A DNA stretch of 64,000 bases, taken from a virus. The stretch lies in IMG/VR virus record IMGVR_UViG_3300030060_006228, positions 3,076-67,075 of that record; one strand, 5' to 3'. Both the position numbers and the translations under genes were made by a program. The notes under the pieces are model-generated. The model saw nothing but the letters and a program-made list of their open reading frames with translations. It was not told where the DNA came from and ran no database searches. Position 1 is the first letter of the stretch; each line of letters opens with the position of its first letter. Positions 37,756-48,500 of the stretch are shown one piece after another.

Positions 37756-40700
37756 ATGCCATTATTTGTAGGTAGCAGTCATTTCAAGATAATAGGTGCG
37801 ACTGGTCCAACCGGAGCGACTGGAGCAACAGGTCCAACCGGACCTACAGGTCCTACTGGTAATGGTTATACTGGTGCTGATGGTTATACCGGATATGGCA
37901 TGACTGGTTTTGGTGGTATAGTTCTTGGAACAAAACTGGTTGACGGATTCCTATACCAAGAGTTTTTCACTGACTCTGAAAATAAAGGTGTCACCTCCTC
38001 ATATACAACACCAAATGTTCTTAGAGGTCCTACTGGAAATGTGCAAACCATAGTAGGTGGTGGTAATACATTCGATGAACATATAGGTGAGGGTGTAGGG
38101 GCATATTTCGACAACCCAACTACAACAAGTCTTGATCTGAGAACCGTAAAGGTAATAGGTAGGAATATTTCTGGTGAACTCAGTGATGATCTCATAGAAA
38201 TTAATGTTGATAGAGGACAGGGTGGATATCTAAATGCTAAGAGTGGTTCAGGAACAACCCTTGGACAACTTCTAGTTGCAACCAAAAGAACAAATACTGG
38301 CAGCGGAAATAATATTTTAACAGTTGTTGATCTAGAAGGTGCAACTGGAAGTGAATATAACGAAGAAACAAATTCTACTTCTATGAGAATGAAGAATCTT
38401 CGTGGGGGACAGGAAAGACTACTTGCCCAGAGTGGTAGTTATTCTGGTTATTGTAGAGAATTATGCATAGAGGGACAGGCTGGATTTAGTTGTGATATTC
38501 ATAGAAGAACGGGAACTACCGCAGAAGGTTTAATTGTAATTGATGCGATTCAATTGGGAACAACCTACGAAGACTCAACCCCCGTAGCAGCCCCTGTTAT
38601 GATTAATATATCACCACCCAAAGATATATCAGTATCATCTACATTTAAATTACTAGTTACTGGTGCAACGGGAACCACCAGTTTAGTTCCACGATGGTCT
38701 AATAACATTAAGTGGCCTTTTACTCAGAGTCCATGTTTCAGTGGTGCATCTGATTTGTTTGAATTCTTCAACATAGAAGATGTGTGGTATGGGAGAATTA
38801 CTAAATGGGGAATTGAGACTGGTACAGATCAGCAGGAACTTCGAATTGGTGAGACTAATGCGGGGACAGTCAGAAGAGAGTATATATCCGCGTTAGATAG
38901 TGATTCACCTTATCCAGAACTCACCGAGCCCATTACATATTCGGATAATAAAATTGTTAGAGATAAATCTGAGTGTTTTGCGTGTAACGATTTAGATCCA
39001 ACAGGATATTTAACTGCTTGTGGTGATGGACCATTTGAAGGTTCTCTTTCGGGTATAACTGGATCTTGCTGTAGTGGAGATAATTGTTCCATAGTTTCTC
39101 CTGACATATGCACGTTTATTGGAGGTTATTTTAGAGGACAGGGAACCACCTGTGAAAATGGTGCATGTGGATATGTCGGATCGTGTTGCTTCAGTGAAGA
39201 TATCGGTGAAGGATCTGAAGTCATAGAATGCAAAGAACCATATAGTTTAGAGAATTGTCTAGAAGCGGGAGAGGAAAGTGCTTTTGTAAATACTACATGG
39301 AGACCTTTTGGTTGTGACGATCAACCTTGCTGCATCACTGCTCCAGAGGATCCATGTGGATCGTGCTGTGTTCATCCAGAACTTTCCGAAGTTGGGTACT
39401 GTGTTGATACAACTGCTTCTGGTTGTGACGAACTGGGTGGAAACTTCTCTATAAATTCCACATGCGATAGCACAATACCCGAAGGACAAACTCCGATATT
39501 TGAAGGACAGGAAAATTGTAATTTATGTGATTCTGTTTCCGTTTGGTGCTGTCGTCAAACATTCGGACCTTCTCAAGTTTGTGAAGGTTATAATGAAGAC
39601 ACTCGCTGCGGAAAAAACATATTTAGTGCAAGTGAATTAACTCCAGAACTGATTGCTTCATTGCAAGAAGAATGTAGTGCATGTGTTTGTGGTGATCCCG
39701 ATCAACAGCAGTGTGGTGAAGGAACTGAAACTATTTCTGCTGTTCTCAAATATAGACCTATAAATCAGTGCAACAATTTTGGTGAAGCGGAAAATGATCC
39801 GGAGTGTCCGGGAAACACAACAGGATGTTGTGATCTAACTGATCCAAACTGTGTCGCATATTCTTTAACAAGTGGATACGTTCCTCCCGAAGGTCCCCCT
39901 CCACCTCCTCCATCGGAAGAAACAAATTGTAGTTGTGTTTGTGACGGTGGAACAAGATATCTTGCTCCCGACACGGAGGTTTACTCCCGAGCAGATGTAT
40001 GTGCAGGTTGGCAGCCTGGTGATGAACAACCATGTGGTTTTACCTGTTATGAAGCATGTGATGGTTCAGGATATTGTGGTGTACCAACAAATAATTGCAC
40101 AGTGGAGGAGTGTCAGCCTGAATACGGAGAGAATAGGTGCGAAGCAGCAGACGGCACTATTTTGGATTGTGTTCCTATGCATCCCGAAAGCGAAGCAGTG
40201 GATATAGATGGATTCCCCTGTAGATGTAAGGGTTGTTGTGAAGGAACTTGTGGTACTCTAAACACACCATCCGGAGGTGGTTTTTTCACACCCGATGGTG
40301 ATTGTAGTGGTGGAAGTACTCCCGCTGGTTTCAGAAGACAGAACGAAAATGAGTGTAGCGGTGTTGCATCCGGAACAAACATTAATTACATAGAAGTCCC
40401 GTGTGATACAGACGAGTGGCCTGCTCCATCTAGTTTTGCTTATCATGGACTCTGTTCTTCTTCTGAGGATAGAGAACGTGGATATGAATATGTGTGTGGT
40501 ACTTACGAAGTCTATCCCGAGTGTATAGATGGAGAATGTCCAGAAGAATATCCTGAAGGGTATACGGTATATACCAAAGTAAACGACTGCTCTGATGTAG
40601 AAGATAATATGGATGATCCAGCGTGGCCTAGGATTGAGGACGGAGAGTCTGCTTGTTTCTGTAATGATCATAGCAGTATCGGTTCACCTTGCTGTAGATC

Positions 40701-42273
40701 TTGTATATGTAAAAAGGACAAATGGAAAGATCATCCCAAGTGTCAGCCTGGCGGAAAACTAGACATTCACTGTAATAATATTTACTGTGGTTTTCCGGAG
40801 AATGATCCGAACTCGATGTGTTGTTCTAATTACGATGACGAGTCAAGAATAAATCTTAAATTGTCTCACGAAGATATAGTCAAGAGAAGTGTTCTTAATG
40901 AAAGAAACAGAAACCTTGCAGTCGATCTAAGAGATCCTAATCTAAAGTTCAGGACATCTTCAAGGCCTAAGGGTGGTGGTAAAGAAAACCCATACCAAAG
41001 AAGAAGCACACGCGATTCCGATTCTTCTAAGAGATTAGTTTCTCTGAATTACGGAGATCTATACGCCGGTGGTATTGTTGCAGGGGTATTCCGACCTGGA
41101 CTAAGTACAATCTTGGGATATAAACCAAGTTTCGATGGATCAAAACAACTCCCTAGTAAAATAATGTCAGGTTCTACTGGTAGTGAAGATAATTCCAAGA
41201 CATATAAAGCACAACTATATCCATCAGTGCAAGACTGGCACGCAGGAGGATTTCCTAATATTGGACTTCCATGCAACGAAAGGCAGAATGATTATCTCAT
41301 AATTGTTTCTCTCGATCCAGTCGCTGTTACAGGAGACAGAGAATTAGTAAAACTATCTGAAGTAGGAAACGGAGCGACACACGAATTCTTCTGGGGAGGA
41401 ACTGGTAGTTCTTGGGGACCTTTGTATAGTGATCTTCAGCAGTATAGAGATCTAAATGATGAATACTCGTCAAGAATTCTTAACTACTCAGAAGGTATTT
41501 GGTATGATGCTAAAAATCCAAAATCTGGGTTTAACCTTTATAGAAATACATATCCTTCATGTGAAAATGCAAACATCAATGGGGGACATAGAGATCCAAT
41601 TCAAAGACTGTTGAATAAACCTCTACAGACAGCACATGGTTTGTGGCATAGAAACTGGGGATTGTATAACACAATCCGTGCTGTTAGTGCAGATAACGCA
41701 AACTTCATGGGATACACGGGAAGTGGTTTTGAATCATCCAATTTCTCCGGAATCACGGAAGGTTTTATCAATGCATATAGAGCGACTCAGTTATTGCCAT
41801 ATGGTATGACATCCGATATACAAGGAAACACAGGAAATCCAAAATCAGTTTCTAGTTGGTACTTACCAAGTCACGATGAACTTGCTTTTGTCGCAGAGAA
41901 AGTCGCTAAGGAAAACTTTAATGAATTAATAATTGACGCAGGGGGGACTCCAATTGAAGGATGGAACTGGTCGTCCACAGGTGCGTTTAGTGCATTAGAA
42001 GGAATCACTGGAGGGGTGGACGGAGTTCTAGTTCCCAACGGGAGTACAGCAGAGCCGGGTTCCGAGGCATGGTCAATCTACTTCGATCCTGCTGGTAGTA
42101 AAAATGATTTTTATGTAGGGAAAAAAGATCGTTCCACTAATAAATATCAAGTAAGGCCTATACGAATGATCCGTACAGATGGAGTATGGGCGCATCGAGG
42201 ACTTACAGGAGAATCAGAATATGCTAAACTTTGGTATATGCCCCAAGTAAAAAGAGATAAGGACTTGAACTAA
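37756..42273 (+). CDS. Cys-rich fibre/adhesin: GxT repeat, GSCC repeats, DUF1566/Lcl-like C-terminus
   Basis: GATGPTG repeat, GSCC units, WYLPSHDEL...WSST...VRPIR. Confidence 0.7.
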   Translation: MPLFVGSSHFKIIGATGPTGATGATGPTGPTGPTGNGYTGADGYTGYGMTGFGGIVLGTKLVDGFLYQEFFTDSENKGVTSSYTTPNVLRGPTGNVQTIVGGGNTFDEHIGEGVGAYFDNPTTTSLDLRTVKVIGRNISGELSDDLIEINVDRGQGGYLNAKSGSGTTLGQLLVATKRTNTGSGNNILTVVDLEGATGSEYNEETNSTSMRMKNLRGGQERLLAQSGSYSGYCRELCIEGQAGFSCDIHRRTGTTAEGLIVIDAIQLGTTYEDSTPVAAPVMINISPPKDISVSSTFKLLVTGATGTTSLVPRWSNNIKWPFTQSPCFSGASDLFEFFNIEDVWYGRITKWGIETGTDQQELRIGETNAGTVRREYISALDSDSPYPELTEPITYSDNKIVRDKSECFACNDLDPTGYLTACGDGPFEGSLSGITGSCCSGDNCSIVSPDICTFIGGYFRGQGTTCENGACGYVGSCCFSEDIGEGSEVIECKEPYSLENCLEAGEESAFVNTTWRPFGCDDQPCCITAPEDPCGSCCVHPELSEVGYCVDTTASGCDELGGNFSINSTCDSTIPEGQTPIFEGQENCNLCDSVSVWCCRQTFGPSQVCEGYNEDTRCGKNIFSASELTPELIASLQEECSACVCGDPDQQQCGEGTETISAVLKYRPINQCNNFGEAENDPECPGNTTGCCDLTDPNCVAYSLTSGYVPPEGPPPPPPSEETNCSCVCDGGTRYLAPDTEVYSRADVCAGWQPGDEQPCGFTCYEACDGSGYCGVPTNNCTVEECQPEYGENRCEAADGTILDCVPMHPESEAVDIDGFPCRCKGCCEGTCGTLNTPSGGGFFTPDGDCSGGSTPAGFRRQNENECSGVASGTNINYIEVPCDTDEWPAPSSFAYHGLCSSSEDRERGYEYVCGTYEVYPECIDGECPEEYPEGYTVYTKVNDCSDVEDNMDDPAWPRIEDGESACFCNDHSSIGSPCCRSCICKKDKWKDHPKCQPGGKLDIHCNNIYCGFPENDPNSMCCSNYDDESRINLKLSHEDIVKRSVLNERNRNLAVDLRDPNLKFRTSSRPKGGGKENPYQRRSTRDSDSSKRLVSLNYGDLYAGGIVAGVFRPGLSTILGYKPSFDGSKQLPSKIMSGSTGSEDNSKTYKAQLYPSVQDWHAGGFPNIGLPCNERQNDYLIIVSLDPVAVTGDRELVKLSEVGNGATHEFFWGGTGSSWGPLYSDLQQYRDLNDEYSSRILNYSEGIWYDAKNPKSGFNLYRNTYPSCENANINGGHRDPIQRLLNKPLQTAHGLWHRNWGLYNTIRAVSADNANFMGYTGSGFESSNFSGITEGFINAYRATQLLPYGMTSDIQGNTGNPKSVSSWYLPSHDELAFVAEKVAKENFNELIIDAGGTPIEGWNWSSTGAFSALEGITGGVDGVLVPNGSTAEPGSEAWSIYFDPAGSKNDFYVGKKDRSTNKYQVRPIRMIRTDGVWAHRGLTGESEYAKLWYMPQVKRDKDLN

Positions 42274-42274
42274 G

Positions 42275-45200
42275 ATGCCCTCTATTATTGGTAGCAGTAG
42301 GATAGTTGTAACTGGAACAGTAGGACGAACTGGTCCTACTGGTCCTATCGGTCCTACTGGTGCTACGGGTAATACTGGTGAAATGGGTTCTGCTGGTATT
42401 ACAGGAATTACTGGTATAGGAATTACTGGTGGTTTCTATGAGAATGGTGTTTTTCTTGGAGGCACTGGAGTAACTTTATCCAGTTCAGATAATAATGTTT
42501 TAATTTTAAAACTAGATCAAAATGGTGATACGATTGAAGTATCTGGAATTTTAGGTGCTGGTGGAGACGAAGGACTTACTTCAGATAACTTATTTTACGA
42601 CATAAACAATACAATCGAGGGTGATGGATTTTATCCAATCTTCAAAGAGAGAAATGGATACACTGCCACTTTCCGAACAATCACTATATCAGGTCCGGAC
42701 GTTCAGTCAGTAGTAGGAACAGATTCAATTGTAATTGCAGGTGAAACCGCAGAGCGTGCAGGTGAAACTGGAGCATTATTTTATCTCAAGGAATCTGAAG
42801 GTGGTGGTTTAACTGCCTTTGCGGCGAAAAACACCTTCTTTGTTGGGGGAACATATAATAGATTTTATACCAGGTCTCACACCAATAGACAGTTTATAAC
42901 ACGCGACGAAGGTAATGGTCAATTCTCCCCTTTAAGTAGTATAAATGTTTCCGGAATAGGTGGAGAGCCTTTAACATTTGCTTATATATTCACGAATGTT
43001 GCTAACGCCCTATCAAACGATTACATTCCTTTTTCTACCACACCGCAAGGAATTACACATAGCAGTTATGTTGATATAAATTCCATTCACATATTGCGGC
43101 AGAATATAAATGCAATAAGTGTTCCTACCTTCGAAGATGGTGTAGGTATGGAAGATCCTAAGAGATATGCAGTTCAAAGACCTGTTCTTCTTTTAGGATT
43201 ATCCGGGGCTCAAGGTTTATTTACATCCACCAATCAGATAGCAGATGACAGGTTTGTAGTCGGTCATTCCATTGCAGGGGAACCTTCTGTTTATGGGGTT
43301 GTTGCTGGTGCAACACTATCTAATCAGGAGATTGGTTCTTGTTGTTGGTGTGAGCGTGATGAGGCTGCCTTGAGCCAATATGATTCTGGTTGTGGTGATT
43401 ATGCAACTAAACTGTATTGTGATAGTGTTGGAGGGGTGTGGAAAAAAAATATATCATGTCTAGAAAGAGTTAGCGAACCAAGATGCGGATCTAATTTGGG
43501 AGTATGTTGTGTAAACAATAAATGTGTGACTGCATCTAGAGAAAGATGTGAAGATGTTTTTGCTGGTTATTTTGTTGAAGATTATACATGCGAAGAAATA
43601 AATTCTGAATTTGGTGGTTGTCCCAACTACTGTGATATTGCTGGAGCATGTTGTGTAGCAGGAGAATGTTTATCTTTAACAGAGGGTGAATGTGCATTAA
43701 TTGAAAATTCAGTATACACACCCACTTCATGTGATAATGTAAACTGTTGTACACAAGCAAACTTCGTGGGTGCTTGTTGCGTTGATGAATTTTGTTACGA
43801 TGAAGTAACTCCATCGACATGTTCACAGATAACATCGGCAGATGGATCCCCCGGAGTGTTTCATGGTATCGGTTCCTCTTGTATAGTCGCACCAAATAGA
43901 CCGGACGGACAATGTACCCGGATCGGTGATGGAATGGACTCTTTCCTTCCCGGATGTTACTTCGAAGAATTTGGACATGGATTAGTAAATACCGGAACTG
44001 ATATTATTGGTTGTTGCACCGATCCAAACTATAGACAAGTTACTTATGGGGTAGCAGGAGATTCAGAAGAGGAAGGATTATTACGTTCTGGGGAAGGAAG
44101 AACACCAGGCGATGGTAATAGAAATAACAATTCTCCTTCAGTAATATATGGGAATGTTTCTGCTGGAACTGAAGATGGGTGTAATGTCAACCCATTGGTT
44201 TCTGGAATTAAGCCTGGAGATAAACTTGGAGGAGGAACATTTGTTGGATATGTTGGATATCCTGGTCCTGCAAGTGAATATACTGGAATGATGGGTACAG
44301 GAATAACACCCAAATGCATAGAGGGTTCTTGTGTCTTTGGAGATGGAAGGACTCCGTTCTCATACTATATCTCTAGTGGACTTTATCAGAACGAATCCTG
44401 TTGGTGTGATCACACATTACCGATGTATGCAACCGATTATACGACAGAAAAAGATTACAGAACAGATCTAATAACCGGAGACATGTTAACAAACGCCTCC
44501 GGTAATTATGGTGGTAATTTAGGTAACAGAGATCAAGCAGATCATTACATGAGACAATCCATTTATGGAACTCATATGATTAAAAATAGTTCCGGTGTAG
44601 AACTGATTTATTCTGGTGATTGTGGAAATAAAAATATAAAAATTCACAGAAGATGGGCTCTTATCGTTTCTGATCACGATTCAAGTAAAAATGAAATAGA
44701 GTGGGGGATGCCTCAGAGTGCTGGGTATAGTACAGAAGAGGGAACTAGACCGCACTTAGTTGTTGGAACTTGTCCTGTCGATGGTTTACTGAACACAAGA
44801 ATGTTTGATGAAACCAGTATTAACAGAGCAAACTGGTTCCAGTCTATTAACTGGACAGATGACGAGACTGTTTCATATGATTCTCTTGGTTCTATAAATG
44901 ATATTGTCTTTGATACATTTAATCATACTAATTCAGAATCCAATATTACAGATATTGGTTGGGATAGTAGTGTTTCTCCTGATAATTGGAAAAAATCAGA
45001 CGGTAGTTATGATATTGAAAAATGGAGAGTTGATTACAAAAACATGTGGGAGTCAAACAATCCATCAACTACAGCAGTAAGACAAGTATCTAATATAAAC
45101 AATAACCAAGAAATTGATGGACATAATACGGATTATTCTGATTGGTATATTCCAAGTTCTACTGAATTGAACATTTTATATAAAGCCGTACAGGAAGGTT

Positions 45201-45565
45201 TAAATTCAAGCATACTGTTTAACGGAGGAACTCCAATTGTAGGAAAGCGATACTGGAGTTCTACCACAGCAAATCGATACGATAAGGTTGAAAACCAATA
45301 CAAAGGAATTGATAATAACTTGGAGAAGGCGAATGGGTGGGAAAATTTACCGGGAGACTCTATCAGAACTGCCGGACATGCTCATAGTATGATATATCAA
45401 GATTTTGAAAGTGGTGAAAACACAACCACTTTCAGAAGAAATGGAGAATTATGTTCTCTTAGAGTTTGTAGAAGGATACCTGTCTATACAATGGAAATAA
45501 ATACATATATAAGAAGTGATATGGGCGATTGTGATTCATGTAATTCAGAAGATTGTAACTGTTAG
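42275..45565 (+). CDS. Cys-rich fibre/adhesin paralog with DUF1566-like C-terminus
   Basis: GPTG repeat, GSCC/GVCC/GACC units, DWYIPSSTEL...YWSST...LRVCRR. Confidence 0.7.
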   Translation: MPSIIGSSRIVVTGTVGRTGPTGPIGPTGATGNTGEMGSAGITGITGIGITGGFYENGVFLGGTGVTLSSSDNNVLILKLDQNGDTIEVSGILGAGGDEGLTSDNLFYDINNTIEGDGFYPIFKERNGYTATFRTITISGPDVQSVVGTDSIVIAGETAERAGETGALFYLKESEGGGLTAFAAKNTFFVGGTYNRFYTRSHTNRQFITRDEGNGQFSPLSSINVSGIGGEPLTFAYIFTNVANALSNDYIPFSTTPQGITHSSYVDINSIHILRQNINAISVPTFEDGVGMEDPKRYAVQRPVLLLGLSGAQGLFTSTNQIADDRFVVGHSIAGEPSVYGVVAGATLSNQEIGSCCWCERDEAALSQYDSGCGDYATKLYCDSVGGVWKKNISCLERVSEPRCGSNLGVCCVNNKCVTASRERCEDVFAGYFVEDYTCEEINSEFGGCPNYCDIAGACCVAGECLSLTEGECALIENSVYTPTSCDNVNCCTQANFVGACCVDEFCYDEVTPSTCSQITSADGSPGVFHGIGSSCIVAPNRPDGQCTRIGDGMDSFLPGCYFEEFGHGLVNTGTDIIGCCTDPNYRQVTYGVAGDSEEEGLLRSGEGRTPGDGNRNNNSPSVIYGNVSAGTEDGCNVNPLVSGIKPGDKLGGGTFVGYVGYPGPASEYTGMMGTGITPKCIEGSCVFGDGRTPFSYYISSGLYQNESCWCDHTLPMYATDYTTEKDYRTDLITGDMLTNASGNYGGNLGNRDQADHYMRQSIYGTHMIKNSSGVELIYSGDCGNKNIKIHRRWALIVSDHDSSKNEIEWGMPQSAGYSTEEGTRPHLVVGTCPVDGLLNTRMFDETSINRANWFQSINWTDDETVSYDSLGSINDIVFDTFNHTNSESNITDIGWDSSVSPDNWKKSDGSYDIEKWRVDYKNMWESNNPSTTAVRQVSNINNNQEIDGHNTDYSDWYIPSSTELNILYKAVQEGLNSSILFNGGTPIVGKRYWSSTTANRYDKVENQYKGIDNNLEKANGWENLPGDSIRTAGHAHSMIYQDFESGENTTTFRRNGELCSLRVCRRIPVYTMEINTYIRSDMGDCDSCNSEDCNC

Positions 45566-45577
45566 AACTAAGGGAAT

Positions 45578-48500
45578 ATGATGGTTATAAGAGGAAGTAG
45601 CACAATAAGACCACCCGGATCTATTGCCGGACTTAGCGGACCTACCGGTCCTACTGGTCCCGCAGGTCCGTTAGGTAACACTGGTGCTACTGGTCCCACC
45701 GGAGCAACGGGAGCAACAGGTAGACATATCTTCGATGCTATATCTGACTATGTTATTGATAATAAAGAGTATCTACGAATTGTAATGTCGGACGGTACTT
45801 TTTATGATATTCCAAATGCTGATATTAGAGGATCAACTGGATCTGATGGAATAGTAGATGGTGTAACTGTCGGTACTGGTGATAACAATTTCTTCAAAAC
45901 AATAAATGGTCCATCTTTTGTTTTTCGGGGACTTAGTGCCTACGGTTCAATTCAGATAGTACTAAGCGATGATGGAAAAACAATTGGTATTAGTTCCGAT
46001 ACCGAACCGCTGGGAATTAGTTTCCAAGGTGGTGATGGATTCTACAATGAATCAGATAAAGCAGGATCTGTATTTCTAAAATCAGGAAACTTATCCAGAA
46101 GTCAAGATGATAATGTTGCACTTGTCTATGAAGATTTTGATTCTTCTTTTGAATTGGGAAGCACAACCACGATTGGAATGCAAGGTGTTGGTGCAACTGG
46201 ACATTACAACACAGATACTCCTGTAACATTTATTCGATCAATAGAGCCGGGAGAAACCGTAGGTATAACAGGTTCATACCTACCGGCAGATGTTATTGCT
46301 CCAGAAGGTGGTATATTCTTAGACACCAGATATTCACCCCTCTTTGAGATACAAACACCAATAGGTATCACTGGATTTACTGGTGACTGGCAAGATAACG
46401 AGGAATTTACTTTCACTGCAACATTCATAGGAAATGATATTTGGTCATTTCCAAATAATGTTTATTTTGATCCTGCACAGTCATTCCTAGCGTGCGGTTC
46501 AAATATTGTAACCTTCAAGACGAGAGATGCTGGAACAAGTTGGTTTGCTAGTGTTTTGGCTAGAGGGTATGATGCAGAGCGTTGTTTGGGAACTACAGAC
46601 ACAGGATCATGTTGCTATGTTTCAAGTGATGGTATTCCGGGTTGTATAGATTATTCTACGCAATCACAATGTGATGAGTTGAATGGATTTTTTGCTCCCC
46701 TCGAAACCTGCGAAGCAAATTGTGGATTAGAGGGTGGTGTGTGTTGTTCCGAGGGTGTGTGCATTGAAGACGTAAGCGTTCAAGAATGTGCATATTTTGG
46801 TGGATCCTACTACAATCTATTTTACTATGGTCCAAACAATACGGGAAATCCTGAAATAGATTCAACCACCGTGATTCCATTGGATGAACCTCTTCCCATT
46901 GAATGTTTAGGAACTCTACCAGATGGTTCTGGTGCTAACGGACAATTGTGTGTTGATTCATGTACAGAAGTTCATTCCTGTTGTAGAGATGGTAAGTGTA
47001 TTGGTGACAGTCAAGGCTCAACAGAATTGGGTGCTATATCTAAAGCAGTTTGTAAATACGTCTACGGAGGAACACCAGTAGACGGTGCAATATGTGGTGG
47101 TGTAGACTGTTGTGATCATATCGTATACAGAGGTGCGTGTTGCGAGGACAATGCAGACGGTTTCTGTGAAGACAACGTAACACATTCAACCTGCGTTGGA
47201 ACCGGAAGAACATTCATGGGTAATGGGACTTCCTGTAGTACAACTAAATGTTGTGAAAAACCGGGAAGATGTTGTGTTACTGTTAGTGTAAATCCCGATG
47301 ATTGTCAAGGAAATTCCACTGCATCTCGTTGTCAAGCACTCACATTTTCCGAATGTGGTAGTGTCGGTGGTGTTTGGCTTGGATACGGAGAATGTTCCGG
47401 AGAAGAAGATTTCAATTGTGACAGTGTAGAATGTCAGGAAGGAACTCCCGGTGCTTGTTGTAAATGTATCGGTGGTCCTGCTGGTTCTTGTGCATGTGCA
47501 ATATGTGTGAATTCAACTAGTACCGGATGTTCAGCAGTTAATGGATCCTTCAAGGCTGACATTCCATGTGATAATTATGGATGTCCGAGTCAAGTATGTG
47601 CGAGTGAATGTTGTACTTGTTGCAATCCTCCTCCGTTCACACCCCCAACATCACCTGCACCGGCTCCTTCGCCCGCTCCTGCACCTGCTCCTGCACCTGC
47701 TCCTGCACCGGCTCCTTCGCCCGCTCCTGCACCTGCACCTGCACCTTCGCCAGGTCCAGAGTCACCAAACTCTCCCGGACCTGGTCCCGGTCCCGGTCCC
47801 GGACCTGGTCCTGGTCCCGGACCTAGTCCCAGTTCACCCCCATCACCCTCATCACCTTCATCGCCTTCATCGCCGAGTTCACCATCACCATCGCCAGGTC
47901 CGCAACCACCTGCACCTCCACCAGAATGCAACACATGTTCATGTTGTGCTGAATGGGAGCCACAAATTTTCAATTCTCCTGGCGCTGGTCCGGCATACGA
48001 TGCACCAAACTACAGCCCAAGCAATTCGGCTATCGATAATTGTTTTGGAAGTGGGGCCCCGAACTATTCCACCAACCCACCGTGGATAGGTCCTGATGGT
48101 AGTGGTTGTGATACGCCTTCTCCATCAGACTGGTTCCCACCACCATCTGTCGCTCCGATGCCTCCACAGTATCATATGACACGAACATGTAGTTCATGTG
48201 CAGCAGATATTTCAAGGGAATCTTGTGAGGGAACTACCACAATTCCAACCGCTGGTTGTAAATGTTCACCTCCGGATCCACCGGCAGCACCTGATGATGT
48301 CGTTGTGAGTCAGAGTTGTAAATTTTCGTGCGAAAGTTGTGGGGGTACAAATTATTCTCCGTTCATGGGACCGCTGGGTGTGGATCCACCCCCAATGAAT
48401 CCCGGAGAAGGTGCGCCGGGTGGTCCTCCGGATGGATATCCACCCTCGTCGTCTGGACCGGGTACAATAAATCCAGCAGGATGTTATGTGCCGTGTAATT

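Noticed and set aside
47541-48089. His/Leu-rich and Gly/Ala-rich alternative-frame ORFs
   Set aside because: By-products of the Pro-codon repeats
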